A stretch of DNA of 64,000 nt, from positions 1-64,000 of IMG/VR virus record IMGVR_UViG_3300047562_003246; one strand, written 5' to 3'. This DNA is from a virus. The notes beneath the pieces are model-generated. The model made no database searches. It worked only from the letters and a program-made list of their open reading frames with translations, and was not told where the DNA came from. Below are positions 1-8,742 of the stretch, one piece after another (position 1 is the first letter of the stretch; every line of letters starts with the position of its first letter). Both the position numbers and the translations under genes were made by a program.

Positions 1-136
1 GAAACAAAATTGCCTGAAAACATTTTCAGATCTTTGACAGCAAGTTACTATAGCATGTTCGACAAGACAAAGAAATCTCCGTAGTTTGAAATCGTCATGA
101 AGTTATTTTAGTCCTGCTTTTTTTTTGGAGTTATTT

Positions 137-361
137 ATGTACGTGATTGGTTTTATCGGTAACGACAGTACGCTTGGAAGAACCCTTGGCGCAGAGACCG
201 AGGAAGAAGTTCAAGAAGCTCTCAAGATTCTCTTAGAAGAGCACAGAGATGAAGACAAGTTTGAGAAAATTCTTACCGATCTCGAAAATAACTGCGTAGC
301 GGTCGTAGACAGCGGTACATATTTCTGCGGCATTATTGAAGATATCGCTGAACTTGAGTAG
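137..361 (+). CDS. hypothetical acidic protein
   Basis: ORF track 125..361; ATG at 137 follows GGAG at 127-130. Confidence 0.7.
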   Translation: MYVIGFIGNDSTLGRTLGAETEEEVQEALKILLEEHRDEDKFEKILTDLENNCVAVVDSGTYFCGIIEDIAELE

Positions 362-395
362 TTAGTTATTCACACATAGAAAGTAGTAATCAACC

Positions 396-782
396 ATGCA
401 AACACTTTATTTAATTCGAGGCTTACCAGGATCCGGCAAGACTACACTGGCCAAGAAACTCTGCCCTACTTACAACTTTTGTAGTGACGAGTTTTTCATG
501 AAAGATGGCAAATATAATTACGACGTTAGTCTTCAGCAGGAGGCTCACGATGACTGTTACATGAGACTAAAGCAAGTGCTTTCTATGCCGAGTTTCATCG
601 AAGACGTGGCTGTACACAACACGTTTAGTCAGCCTTGGGAAGCAAGAAGATATTTTGAGCTTGCTGAAGAATACGGATACACAGTCGTTGTTATTGAGTG
701 TCAGAGCAAGTTCAAAAACGTTCATGGAGTGAGCGAAAGAATTATTAACAACATGCAATCTCGTTGGTTGCCGTTGGTTTGA
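396..782 (+). CDS. AAA_33-family P-loop kinase/ATPase
   Basis: N-terminal LYLIRGLPGSGKTT Walker A, SDEFF, HNTF; typical small phage kinase layout. Confidence 0.8.
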   Translation: MQTLYLIRGLPGSGKTTLAKKLCPTYNFCSDEFFMKDGKYNYDVSLQQEAHDDCYMRLKQVLSMPSFIEDVAVHNTFSQPWEARRYFELAEEYGYTVVVIECQSKFKNVHGVSERIINNMQSRWLPLV

Positions 783-817
783 TTTAACTTACTTGTCTCT
801 ATTAAATAGAGAGTTTC

Positions 818-1519
818 ATGCGTATCTACAAAAACGGTAGTGACCAGGTCGAAATCGGCTACGCTGATGCAGACACAGCGGATCGGTCGACCGCTTTCTT
901 GATTGAAGTCAGTAATTCGCAGTATCGCTACTCATACGTGGTACCGTACGCGGAGAACGAAGATGACGCTGTCGCTAAGTTCATGTTGAACGTGCAGCGA
1001 CTTATCGAATTTCAAGACATGGTTTTGGATGAAAAAGCTAGGCAGGAGGAAGAATTTGAAGTTCCTAGAGATGTGTTGGAAGTGCAACAACACAAACACA
1101 GACTTAGGACGCTTGAAAAGGAGGCTGTACGGGTTTCGAAACATATTGCAAGAGTCAACAAAAAGCTATCTCACGCGATGATGAAAAAAGATGAACAGAT
1201 GACAAAGCAATGTGTCTTTAAAAGATCAAAGCTGATTCGTCGTGAGGAGGAATTATTTGAAGCTATTCGTGAGGCGAGGAAGTCACTACCGCCAAAGACA
1301 ATTAAGCAGTCCGTACGAGATCTTTCTTTGGGTAAGCAATTTGAAATTCAGCAGGCGTATGCAGAAGGCGGAGTTTCGGCAACGCGTCTACCAGCTCACC
1401 GGATGATACCTGTGGCTTATTTCGATGATAGTCGCGGGGAGATTGGACATATTACATCTTGTTATTTATTACCAGTAACAGGAGAATTACCGAGCTGGGC
1501 TAAAGACGTTCCTAGGTAG
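818..1519 (+). CDS. hypothetical protein with coiled coil
   Basis: 233-aa ORF in the + strand gene chain. Confidence 0.7.
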   Translation: MRIYKNGSDQVEIGYADADTADRSTAFLIEVSNSQYRYSYVVPYAENEDDAVAKFMLNVQRLIEFQDMVLDEKARQEEEFEVPRDVLEVQQHKHRLRTLEKEAVRVSKHIARVNKKLSHAMMKKDEQMTKQCVFKRSKLIRREEELFEAIREARKSLPPKTIKQSVRDLSLGKQFEIQQAYAEGGVSATRLPAHRMIPVAYFDDSRGEIGHITSCYLLPVTGELPSWAKDVPR

Positions 1520-1577
1520 TTAATCAGCTGCGTTTTCCATGTGTTGTTTTGTTATTTGTTTGTTTGTTTGTTAATTA

Positions 1578-2084
1578 TTGAGTTTCAAAATGAAATATCT
1601 TGGAATCAGGTACGCTATCGCAGACACAGATGTCAAAATAATTCCTTGGGTGATTAGTGACAGGGCAAAAGAAGATCTACTGAAACTAGCTGATTACTTG
1701 TACAGTCTTCCAGACGACTACGAACATTTCAGCATGTTTATGTATTTGTTTGACGGTGATTGTCACTACTTTCACGACGCACCAGTAGTTGGGAACCTGT
1801 CTAGCGTAATTACTTCTTGCGGCACAGTGGCTTGTGCTGTTGGTCATGCGCCGCTGGCAGGCGTAGATTGTGAAAGGTTTGAACAGTATCAAGATATCGC
1901 AAATTGGTTGACCAATCACAACATATTTGCTTACGACTGGATGTTTTCGGGTGAATGGGCGGCAGTAGACGATACGCCTAAAGGTGCCGCTGCGCGGATT
2001 TATTTTGCGATAGAGCAGGGTATTCCGTTTAATCCTAGGTCATTTGCTTTAGGCGATAACTACCTACCGTACGTAGTGTTGTAG
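1578..2084 (+). CDS. hypothetical phage protein (CGTVACAVGH motif)
   Basis: 168-aa ORF followed by a terminator. Confidence 0.7.
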   Translation: MSFKMKYLGIRYAIADTDVKIIPWVISDRAKEDLLKLADYLYSLPDDYEHFSMFMYLFDGDCHYFHDAPVVGNLSSVITSCGTVACAVGHAPLAGVDCERFEQYQDIANWLTNHNIFAYDWMFSGEWAAVDDTPKGAAARIYFAIEQGIPFNPRSFALGDNYLPYVVL

Positions 2085-2099
2085 TTAGCTAATTATTGT

Positions 2100-2132
2100 A
2101 AGCGCAGGGTTTGTAGGATCCTGCGCTTTTTT
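2100..2132 (+). terminator. intrinsic terminator whose 3' arm is the 14-bp motif
   Basis: AAGCGCAGG (2100-2108) pairs with CCTGCGCTT (2120-2128), then T run. Confidence 0.75.
2113..2126 (-). repeat. dispersed 14-bp motif GCGCAGGATCCTAC, copy 1 (intergenic)
   Basis: GTAGGATCCTGCGC on + strand. Confidence 0.95.
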
Positions 2133-2164
2133 GTTTACATGTGTTTTCTCTAGAGGAATATTTC

Positions 2165-2410
2165 ATGACTGTAAAATTTCGCTTCAACGTCACTGGTGTC
2201 TGTGAGCAAGAAATTGAGTTAGTAAAAGATTGTCCGCTGACTGTTGAGCAAATTACTGCTGGCTTAAACGGCGATGGAGACACAGTCGTTACGACCGTAC
2301 AAGAGGGCGGCGACTTGGTGATGTATCAGCCCGATGGAAAAGAAGTGATACTCGGAAAAGTAATCGATAGTACTATGGACGCCGAATACACGGAGTTCGA
2401 ACTGCAATGA
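2165..2410 (+). CDS. hypothetical protein
   Basis: ORF track 2141..2410; ATG 2165 after GAGGA. Confidence 0.7.
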   Translation: MTVKFRFNVTGVCEQEIELVKDCPLTVEQITAGLNGDGDTVVTTVQEGGDLVMYQPDGKEVILGKVIDSTMDAEYTEFELQ

Positions 2411-2652
2411 GCGCACGAAAGCAATTAGTGAAACAAGCCATTGAAACACTGACCAATTGTTGTCACAGCAATCAGTTAACAAGCAATGAAGTTCCAGAAG
2501 TAGAGTTGCTACTAGAAGAACTTGAAAGACTTCGAGATCAAGTAAGTCTTTTAGAGACCAAGAACTTTTTAAGAAAACCAGTCGTCAACGCAAAGACACT
2601 TAAGCCTGGTTTTTATGAACTAGGCGACGGCATTAAACTGGTGATCAAGTAA
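2407..2652 (+). CDS. hypothetical protein
   Basis: ATGA overlap with upstream gene. Confidence 0.7.
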   Translation: MSARKQLVKQAIETLTNCCHSNQLTSNEVPEVELLLEELERLRDQVSLLETKNFLRKPVVNAKTLKPGFYELGDGIKLVIK

Positions 2653-2978
2653 TGGCGAAGAAAGGTCAACTAACTACAAAGCAAATGGTTGCCGAGATAA
2701 GTCGTTATCTCGATACTTGTTCTAAAGAACAGTTAATTCGTTTTGTAGTTGACATGATGGAAAACACGGATGTAGAAAAAAGCATCAGGATCGTGTGTAA
2801 GATCATCATAGAGAATTCCGGTATTAAGCTAGCTGAGGTAGTCAAAAATGAAAAGCAAAAAACAAGCCGAGCAAAGAAAGCTGCACCTGCAAAACATCAG
2901 AAAGCACCTAACAAAAATGCAGGAATTAGCAAACGGGTACGAAAACCTGTATCGCATGGCGGAAAGAAGCGAAAATGA
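2652..2978 (+). CDS. hypothetical protein with Lys-rich C-terminus
   Basis: TAATG coupling to upstream gene. Confidence 0.65.
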   Translation: MAKKGQLTTKQMVAEISRYLDTCSKEQLIRFVVDMMENTDVEKSIRIVCKIIIENSGIKLAEVVKNEKQKTSRAKKAAPAKHQKAPNKNAGISKRVRKPVSHGGKKRK

Positions 2979-3219
2979 CTTGTTTGCTCCGCTACTGGAT
3001 ACAGCAGGGTCAATCGTCATAGACGGGTTATCTCGTAGCGGCACGTTACTTGAAGTTCTGACAGAGGGACTCAAAGCAGATTGTGATCATGCGTGGGAAG
3101 TCGTAGATGATTCTTATGATCATGAGTTCGGCACAGAAAATATTGTTTTTGAGCGTTGCATCCACTGCGACGAAGAGCGTGAGCATGAACCTCGTCAGTT
3201 TGACGATAACGTAATCTGA
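2848..3219 (+). CDS. hypothetical protein with C-terminal CxHxW...CxxC Zn-ribbon-like motif
   Basis: CDHAW...RCIHC; overlaps previous ORF by 131 nt, start uncertain. Confidence 0.55.
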   Translation: MKSKKQAEQRKLHLQNIRKHLTKMQELANGYENLYRMAERSENDLFAPLLDTAGSIVIDGLSRSGTLLEVLTEGLKADCDHAWEVVDDSYDHEFGTENIVFERCIHCDEEREHEPRQFDDNVI

Positions 3220-3243
3220 TTAGTAACCCGCGAGCAAGTAATT

Positions 3244-3786
3244 ATGATCGAGTATAGATGTTATCATTGCAACCAAGTTTTCTATGAAGAAGACGGATCA
3301 GCTTCTGAACATTTTGGTTGCAGTATGGTACAGGAACCTATTTGTACTATTAACGCGAAAAGACTTCGAGAGCTAGAACAAGAAGTTGATAGTCTACGAC
3401 GACAAATTCAGGAAGAGAGTACGCCGCTTGAAAGAGAAATAGCGTCTTTGCGATCAGAGATAGCTACTAAAGAACGTCGAGCTGAAGAAGCGGGATATGC
3501 TCGTGGACTTGAGGATGCAAAAAAGTATCCAGAAACACTGGGACTAATACAGCTTGCTAAATCAAATGTGGCTATGCGAGTCATTGGTAATGACGGCAAG
3601 CTTCTTGGGTATACACGCGGAGGTGAACTACTCTTTGACAGGGATCAATTTAAAGATTGGCCCAGTTTCGTTCAAAGTGTAAGTGACGCTATTTTTGATC
3701 TTGTGCCTATCGATAAAGAATCCGAGCCAGCGAAAGAACTTATTGCTAAAGACAATAAGCGAATAGCAGAGTTAAATAAGAGTTAG
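3244..3786 (+). CDS. hypothetical Zn-finger/coiled-coil protein
   Basis: N-terminal CxxC...HxxC, then heptad-like segment. Confidence 0.65.
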   Translation: MIEYRCYHCNQVFYEEDGSASEHFGCSMVQEPICTINAKRLRELEQEVDSLRRQIQEESTPLEREIASLRSEIATKERRAEEAGYARGLEDAKKYPETLGLIQLAKSNVAMRVIGNDGKLLGYTRGGELLFDRDQFKDWPSFVQSVSDAIFDLVPIDKESEPAKELIAKDNKRIAELNKS

Positions 3787-3821
3787 TTTTTGTTTCAGTC
3801 TCACACAGGATCAACAGTATT

Positions 3822-4103
3822 ATGTCTCAAAAAATAAAGAAAACACTAAGCATTAAAGAACACAGCGGATCAAAGTATCTACGAGAAATAATCACATCAG
3901 CAGATGGTCTGGTTGACGTTTACGCAGTTCTTGATGCATTCGAAGTGAAATGTCCTGGCAGTCAGCACGCCATTAAGAAACTTCTTTGCGCCGGTATTCG
4001 AGGCAAAGGCAGCGAGCTACAGGATCTTCGCGAAGCTAGAGATGCAATTGACAGAGCTATTGAGTTACGCGAGTTTAAGGAACAAAAAGTTCGTGACAAA
4101 TAG
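3822..4103 (+). CDS. DUF3310-like phage protein
   Basis: DVYAVLDAF...QHAIKKLLCAGIRG...DLREA pattern. Confidence 0.55.
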   Translation: MSQKIKKTLSIKEHSGSKYLREIITSADGLVDVYAVLDAFEVKCPGSQHAIKKLLCAGIRGKGSELQDLREARDAIDRAIELREFKEQKVRDK

Positions 4104-4347
4104 AAAACAAGAAATCGACCAAAACGAGCTGCATAACTATTTTGCAGGTGTACTTACTACAGTTCCACTGGACTGTAATTCGGGACTACCAAAACATATA
4201 AAACTAGTCGAACTTAAAGCAATGTTCGATCAGCTAGCTGCTTCTGCTCAAGCTAACTGTCGATCTTCGCAGTTAGCTTTAGAGCTTATCATTCGTCATG
4301 CAAAAATTACAGACAGCATTCAGCGACAATACGAAAATTTCATGTAG
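4093..4347 (+). CDS. hypothetical protein
   Basis: ORF track 4042..4347; GTG 4093 overlapping upstream stop region is the likelier start. Confidence 0.6.
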   Translation: MTNRKQEIDQNELHNYFAGVLTTVPLDCNSGLPKHIKLVELKAMFDQLAASAQANCRSSQLALELIIRHAKITDSIQRQYENFM

Positions 4348-4395
4348 TGTTGTTTGCTGGGTAGCTACGCATATACCAATTTGGATACGTAAGTT

Positions 4396-4785
4396 ATGAG
4401 TTCAGAAAATCCAAACAAAACAATCACAGCTCTATCGCAAAGTCATACAGAGTTATCTCGATCGACACACTCTTTGATTCAGAGTGTTCAAGAAGTTATT
4501 CAAGCTAACGAAGAGCTTATACAAGTAAATGAAAAGTTGCAAGCTGATAAGCAGTATCTAGTCGAGGCTATTGCTGAGTTTTTGAAGGCAACTAGCTGGG
4601 TTAATCACAGGGATTGCGATTCGGTTCGCATTGTTCCAAAAAATTCAGAATCCAGAGAGGTACACTGCGGAACTATTAATTTCAAAGTTCTCGAATCAAA
4701 GGTAGCCAAAGTTTTTCCTGATTGGGAAGAACTAAACAAAGACGACTGGGCCAAGGTTAATAATCGATCTCATGAGTGCACCTAA
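4396..4785 (+). CDS. hypothetical coiled-coil protein
   Basis: 129-aa ORF in gene chain. Confidence 0.65.
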   Translation: MSSENPNKTITALSQSHTELSRSTHSLIQSVQEVIQANEELIQVNEKLQADKQYLVEAIAEFLKATSWVNHRDCDSVRIVPKNSESREVHCGTINFKVLESKVAKVFPDWEELNKDDWAKVNNRSHECT

Positions 4786-4966
4786 AAAATCTAGTAACCG
4801 TACGAAGTTACACGATGATTCTTTGATGCCGTTTGGTGTTCACAAGAACAAACGTTTAGGCGACGTACCTGACAGTTATTTCAAGTGGTTTTTGCAGCAA
4901 AGCTGGGCAAAAGATTGGCCTGACTTGTATGCCTACGCAAAATTAGTCGAGGACTCTGAAAGTTAA
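4772..4966 (+). CDS. DUF3820-like small protein
   Basis: MPFGVHKNKRLGDVPDSYFKW matches MPFGKxKG...VPxxYLxW pattern. Confidence 0.65.
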   Translation: MSAPKKSSNRTKLHDDSLMPFGVHKNKRLGDVPDSYFKWFLQQSWAKDWPDLYAYAKLVEDSES

Positions 4967-5197
4967 ATGTCCATAACTCGTGATGAGCATCTTAAATGGT
5001 GCAAAGAACGTGCACTTGAGTTTGTAGCTAATAACGATTGCGATCAAGCGTTAGCATCGTTTATCTCCGATCTGAATAAGCACGACGAAACAAGAAATCT
5101 CTTAGAAATAGTCAAGCAGTTGACTCTTCCGCTTAAACGTATGGGTTTGCTTCAAACGCAGCAACAGCTGCGAGAGCACATTGAAGGCTTTATCTAG
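4967..5197 (+). CDS. hypothetical phage protein
   Basis: starts immediately after upstream TAA. Confidence 0.7.
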   Translation: MSITRDEHLKWCKERALEFVANNDCDQALASFISDLNKHDETRNLLEIVKQLTLPLKRMGLLQTQQQLREHIEGFI

Positions 5198-5218
5198 TTA
5201 TTTACTTAAGGAAAAACA

Positions 5219-5704
5219 ATGGTAACAACCCCTAGTAATCCAGAGGTGAAGATATCACTATACCAATGGCTTTTAACTAATATGCCTGACGAAAGGTATA
5301 GATATGCTGGATCAGCAGTGAGGCAAATCAACTGGGTACAAGGTGAACTGGCACAGATGGTTTGGCATAGTTTGCTTCCAAGCGGTAAGGGAGAATTAAG
5401 CTACGAACAAAGACGCGATACGTTGACAGTAGATGGTACGCACTTTTCTAAATCTGTGCTTCTGCCAGTTTATCGCTTTGATGTGGCTGGCGTGACAACT
5501 AAGATTCGTGGTAATTTTCATGATTGGTGCGTGAGATGCTGGACGCCTTTGAAGAAACCTTTTCCAGAATACATGAATCTTGGTTTTGATCGAGGGTATT
5601 TCGAAGGCATGTCTCACGAAGAATCGCCAGTTGCTTTTTGTGCGAATAACAAAGAACAACTTTACGCAGCGCTTTGGTGGATGTACAACGAAGGTATTAA
5701 GTAA
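5219..5704 (+). CDS. hypothetical phage protein
   Basis: AAGGA RBS; 161 aa. Confidence 0.75.
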   Translation: MVTTPSNPEVKISLYQWLLTNMPDERYRYAGSAVRQINWVQGELAQMVWHSLLPSGKGELSYEQRRDTLTVDGTHFSKSVLLPVYRFDVAGVTTKIRGNFHDWCVRCWTPLKKPFPEYMNLGFDRGYFEGMSHEESPVAFCANNKEQLYAALWWMYNEGIK

Positions 5705-5727
5705 TTTGTGCTTGGTTTGTAAGTTGC

Positions 5728-5847
5728 GGATCGGTGGCTGAAATAATAAAGCAGGCGAGCCTCTACGCTTTCGAGCGCGGCAGCTGTCTTGACGCTGGTG
5801 ATGTTAATCACTCGACCCAAGTGCAGGTGTAAATCTTGCCCGATCCA
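5728..5847 (+). ncRNA. tRNA-like RNA with expanded, branched insert replacing the anticodon arm
   Basis: Acceptor GGATCGG/CCGATCC+A, D stem GCT/AGC, T arm GCAGG-TGTAAAT-CTTGC; ~70-nt insert with UUCG hairpin. Confidence 0.6.
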
Positions 5848-5993
5848 TTTTGAAGTGAACAGCGGGTGAAAACGTTGTGACTACCAGTGGTGAACCCAAT
5901 AGTTGGGGAACTTCTCGTATTAAGCCGATTATCTCGGCCCAATCGTGATGGGAAACACAAAGCATAATCAACGTGACAGCCGGAGAGACGGCA

Positions 5994-6007
5994 TTTAACG
6001 GTCACTT
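5994..6007 (+). repeat. gene-boundary direct repeat TTTAACGGTCACTT, copy 1
   Basis: identical to 6312-6325. Confidence 0.8.
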
Positions 6008-6025
6008 AACACTTGAGGTTTGGAA

Positions 6026-6316
6026 ATGGATATTCATGAGCGTTGGGAAGCTGTCACGAAAGGTGGTGACGAGTTTTTGAAGTTCAACAAGGTCGCAAAC
6101 AAGCGAAGCCAGCGACCAGACTTGCACGCATTTTTGCTGCTGGATGAGTTGTTCCCAGGCACTGGCGATATGGTGGCGGCTGCGAGCCACGACGAGATTT
6201 GGTTGGACGTGGAAGACAATCAGGTCGAGACTTTGACCGATGAACAGATTTTAGAGTTGTCTTGGTGCGGCGTGCGTCACGATAGGGACGTAGGCGGTCT
6301 CTGCATGTTCGTTTAA
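6026..6316 (+). CDS. hypothetical phage protein
   Basis: GAGG RBS; stop TAA lies inside the boundary repeat. Confidence 0.75.
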   Translation: MDIHERWEAVTKGGDEFLKFNKVANKRSQRPDLHAFLLLDELFPGTGDMVAAASHDEIWLDVEDNQVETLTDEQILELSWCGVRHDRDVGGLCMFV

Positions 6317-6325
6317 CGGTCACTT
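6312..6325 (+). repeat. gene-boundary direct repeat TTTAACGGTCACTT, copy 2
   Basis: identical to 5994-6007. Confidence 0.8.
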
Positions 6326-6342
6326 GGTATTTGAGAGGAAAT

Positions 6343-6504
6343 ATGAATACTGGATTTTGTGCGGCTATGTGGCGAAGGTGGCGGGGCGAACCCGAAACTG
6401 AGCCACTAAATAGATTCGATGATCCGGTCGTCCGGTTTTATTTGTCACGACCTATGGCTAGCGATAGGGAGTCGCAGCGGCATCACATGTGGATGATGGA
6501 GTGA
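6343..6504 (+). CDS. small hypothetical protein (53 aa, not in ORF track)
   Basis: GAGAGG RBS, MNTGFCAAMWRR...; TGA followed by CGGTCAC. Confidence 0.5.
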   Translation: MNTGFCAAMWRRWRGEPETEPLNRFDDPVVRFYLSRPMASDRESQRHHMWMME

Positions 6505-6531
6505 CGGTCACTGAGATATAGGGGACTAGAA

Positions 6532-6774
6532 GTGATGGCACCAGAAGTAAACGTCGAGAGCTTCCGAAACGATCCAGACAACGGGCCGTTTTATGGCGAG
6601 TGGTGTATCCTTTGGTCAGCTGAAGGTTCGTCTCGACTCAGGCTTGCCAGCGGATTTTTAGACGAAACAGAAGCGACGGAGGAAGCCGAGAGAAGGCAGA
6701 AAGACCATCAAGTTATATGGCGAATTTGCGAGTGTGCGGAACTAATCGAGGACGACGAAGATGATAATAATTGA
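6532..6774 (+). CDS. hypothetical acidic protein
   Basis: AGGGG RBS; 80 aa. Confidence 0.65.
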   Translation: MMAPEVNVESFRNDPDNGPFYGEWCILWSAEGSSRLRLASGFLDETEATEEAERRQKDHQVIWRICECAELIEDDEDDNN

Positions 6775-6883
6775 CAACGAAATTGGCTGGATCATGGCGT
6801 GCTGCATTACCAATTTCACAGCGTTTGCTTGTGGTTTTGGTTGCGGGCTGGCGGTGAAACATTTCCAAGGCCCGAAACAGTGA
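6761..6883 (+). CDS. small hydrophobic protein (40 aa, not in ORF track)
   Basis: GAGGA upstream; MIIIDNEIGWIMACCITNF...; TGA followed by CGGTCA. Confidence 0.45.
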   Translation: MIIIDNEIGWIMACCITNFTAFACGFGCGLAVKHFQGPKQ

Positions 6884-6909
6884 CGGTCAAATTTACAAAG
6901 AGAGTAGTG

Positions 6910-7215
6910 ATGAGCGAATCAGACAAGGTCATAATGTTTCGCGCCCGCGACAGCAGTTGGCAAAAGCCATTGGTGCGACTAGAGGTGGAAAGAGTAAGCG
7001 ATAGCAGCGTGTGGCTTCGTGGATCAAGAGTAGCGAGATCCTCTGAGGGTACGCGAATCTGTCACGACTTCCAAACAGCCAAGCAATGGCTCGAAGGCGC
7101 ATTGCGAACGCAAATTGAACAGCACCAGCGAGCGATTGACGCTCTGGAAAAGAGGCTAGAGGCGATTGTCGCGACTACGGAGGATGCTATCCCAGACGAC
7201 GACAGCCGTTATTAG
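6910..7215 (+). CDS. hypothetical protein
   Basis: ORF track 6799..7215; ATG 6910 after GAGAG is the likelier start. Confidence 0.65.
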   Translation: MSESDKVIMFRARDSSWQKPLVRLEVERVSDSSVWLRGSRVARSSEGTRICHDFQTAKQWLEGALRTQIEQHQRAIDALEKRLEAIVATTEDAIPDDDSRY

Positions 7216-7242
7216 GTCGTAACACTATTGAAAGGAGTGCAA

Positions 7243-7437
7243 ATGAATACATCAGCTTTTGGTGAGCATCCACAGCCAATGCGTTACATGTGTGAGCGCA
7301 AAGGCTGTGCCCGTCCAGCAGATTTTAACTGCGAGCCTATACCTGGGACGACAGAACCGGGTTGGGAAAAGGAGCCAACTGCACGCTGTGAGGAGCATGC
7401 GAGAGGTCTAATTGTGCTGCATGACCTGCGGCGATAA
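7243..7437 (+). CDS. small Cys/His protein
   Basis: AAGGAG RBS before ATG 7243; CxxxxC...C...CxxH. Confidence 0.65.
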   Translation: MNTSAFGEHPQPMRYMCERKGCARPADFNCEPIPGTTEPGWEKEPTARCEEHARGLIVLHDLRR

Positions 7438-7449
7438 GTCGAACACTAA

Positions 7450-8478
7450 TTGAGAGTAGTTGATCGCTCGCAATCAGCGGGCGAGAAGAGAAAAATGATG
7501 AGTTCAAAGAACAGTCGATCGTATGAATACACCAATTATTTAATCAATGAAATCAATATGGAATTAAAAAAGAACAGTGAAACAAGTGTTGACAAGCACG
7601 GATATAAGCTTTGTTCCTGCGGTTGTAATCTGCCGTTAGCAGACTCATCACATCCAAATTGGCCTAAAGGATGGAAAAACAATATAGGACCAGATGGGGT
7701 TCCAGAAGGATTTAGTAATGGTCTTCATGGTCCAGCGGGTCCAGAACAGATAACAGATACGCAAGTTAGCTTAGCCAAAGTTATCGAACTTATCGATACT
7801 GAAGAAGAATTCGACGGCGAGATGCCTGATCATATCTTTGATAAGGCGTCAGTTTCTCCTGAAGCAACAGCGCTTGCGTTGCGTATAGCTTGTCGCTCGA
7901 CTAAACAAAGCATCAAGCGACGGTTGCGTCAATTACAAGTTGCGGTTGACTATAACTTGGACTCAGACGCAGGTGGCGAAGAAGCAAGAGCGTTACACCG
8001 TGTTGTAAGAGCTATGCACGATGGTCATTGTCCTAGCTGTGGATACCTTGCTCCATCGGATCAGTTCTATCAAACGGCAATTACTAACCCTCAACATCCA
8101 AAAGGCGTTAGACCAAAACAGCACTGTTGTCCTAGGTGTAGTTTTACAGTTACTGAAGAAGAAGCAGAGTTGGCATTAGCTAGATTTCGACCATACCTAG
8201 AAAAGTCTGTAAAGCTATTTTTGAAATGGCGAAATGAAATACGACCGGCTAAGCAGTCAAAACAACCACAACAAGTTAATCTTGCAGGCGGTAAAGGTGG
8301 TTGTAATCTTACTATCGTTCGTGAAGAGCATAGTCGGTTGTGTCAAGCGTGCAGTCAAGTTTCGGCCACTCTGTATGCAATCAGTATAGGCCAAGCAAAT
8401 TTTCAGATATGTCCTTTTTGTAAGGCAAACATACGCCAAAGCATTGAGCGAGTAGATGGCCCTGAGGATTGCTATTAA
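7450..8478 (+). CDS. multi-Zn-ribbon hypothetical protein
   Basis: CSCGC, CPSCG, CPRC, CQAC...CPFC; start uncertain. Confidence 0.65.
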   Translation: MRVVDRSQSAGEKRKMMSSKNSRSYEYTNYLINEINMELKKNSETSVDKHGYKLCSCGCNLPLADSSHPNWPKGWKNNIGPDGVPEGFSNGLHGPAGPEQITDTQVSLAKVIELIDTEEEFDGEMPDHIFDKASVSPEATALALRIACRSTKQSIKRRLRQLQVAVDYNLDSDAGGEEARALHRVVRAMHDGHCPSCGYLAPSDQFYQTAITNPQHPKGVRPKQHCCPRCSFTVTEEEAELALARFRPYLEKSVKLFLKWRNEIRPAKQSKQPQQVNLAGGKGGCNLTIVREEHSRLCQACSQVSATLYAISIGQANFQICPFCKANIRQSIERVDGPEDCY

Positions 8479-8483
8479 CAAAA

Positions 8484-8497
8484 GCGCAGGATCCTAC
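8484..8497 (+). repeat. dispersed 14-bp motif, copy 2 (intergenic, 5 bp after stop)
   Basis: exact GCGCAGGATCCTAC. Confidence 0.95.
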
Positions 8498-8742
8498 AGA
8501 ACTGGATTAGTTGCAAATCGACAGTCCAGGCGAACCTAGATCTGTTCCTTCTTGGTGCGAGGAATATGATAGCAGATTAAACCAAAAGGATCAAAAAGGC
8601 AATTAACTTAATGAGCGACTTTATGAAGTACATGTTAGTTGCGGGTCTTTGCTTTTAGGGTTAATTGGGTTAACATGTTGCTTTCTCGCAGCTAATCATA
8701 TTTCTGACTAGCCAAAACCACTTGTTTACCAGGAAATAACAC

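Noticed and set aside
2848-2978. Programmed frameshift joining 2652..2978 and 2848..3219
   Set aside because: It would need a +1 shift with no clear slippery site; a simple overlap or later start explains it.
5993-6325. Integron attC interpretation of the boundary repeats (ATTTAAC/GTTTAAC match RYYYAAC)
   Set aside because: Intergenic gaps are only ~20-30 bp, with no GTTRRRY partner, no attC hairpin and no integrase in the window.
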